This document shows positions 63,948-64,000 of a stretch of 64,000 nucleotides of DNA, piece by piece (the stretch's first letter is position 1; every line of letters begins with the position of its first letter). Made by a program: the position numbers and the translations under genes. Source of the DNA: a candidate division FCPU426 bacterium (GTDB taxonomy: Bacteria > Oederibacteriota > Muellerivitia > Muellerivitales > Muellerivitaceae); the NCBI GenBank assembly GCA_963719085.1, contig CAVRAL010000004.1:992001-1056000 (forward strand), read 5' to 3'. The notes beneath the pieces are model-generated. The model was not told the origin of the DNA, ran no database searches, and saw only the letters and a list, made by a program, of their open reading frames with translations.

Positions 63948-64000
63948 AAAAAAACTGGTTCCAAGATTTTTTAGTTCTCATCAAACTGCGCTTGAATTTG
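63944..64000 (+). CDS. Probable heme O synthase (CtaB/CyoE), first 19 codons only
   Basis: GTGA overlap with the ctaA stop. MKKNWFQDFLVLIKLRLNL resembles the 'DY..LTKPR' start of CtaB; the call rests mostly on context. Confidence 0.45.
   Translation, partial: MKKNWFQDFLVLIKLRLNL

Noticed and set aside
1..64000. tRNA, rRNA, transposase, integrase or prophage genes
   Set aside because: None recognisable; intergenic gaps are short and accounted for by promoters, terminators and the hairpin arrays.

Overview
Bacterial DNA, moderately GC-rich. Shine-Dalgarno sites and sigma70-like -10 boxes argue against Bacteroidota, but the taxon cannot be determined here. About 56 kb (6042-62023) is a plant-cell-wall degradation cluster. 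It encodes GH8 x2, GH74, GH5, GH30 x2, a GH51/GH44-like clan-A enzyme, GH28, PL4 x2, PL1 x2, a NodB/CE4-like deacetylase and two non-catalytic or unknown proteins. A partial GH44 sits at the left edge. Most share one design: signal peptide, catalytic domain, long Thr/Pro linker, optional CBM3/DUF11, then a T9SS-like C-terminal domain (CTD). Regulators are two PocR-AraC proteins, LacI, an HK/OmpR pair and an ECF sigma/anti-sigma pair. Two PorV/PorP-like barrel-TPR genes are present; no SusC/D, ABC transporter, cohesin or dockerin was seen. Three patterns stand out. (1) Each barrel gene lies in an operon with a signalling system and an apparently non-catalytic sugar-binding CTD protein. (2) Near-identical 1.0-1.3 kb linker/DUF11/CTD tails sit on four different enzymes. 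(3) Arrays of ~66-68 bp hairpin units delimited by GCGCTGA start exactly at the stop codon of five CTD genes, in a nested, polarised order. The flanks hold a GT-C protein, a pseudo-cyclase STAND-TPR protein, an SDR and the start of a heme A/O (ctaA/ctaB) cluster. All family calls come from motif recognition by eye; no database search was run.
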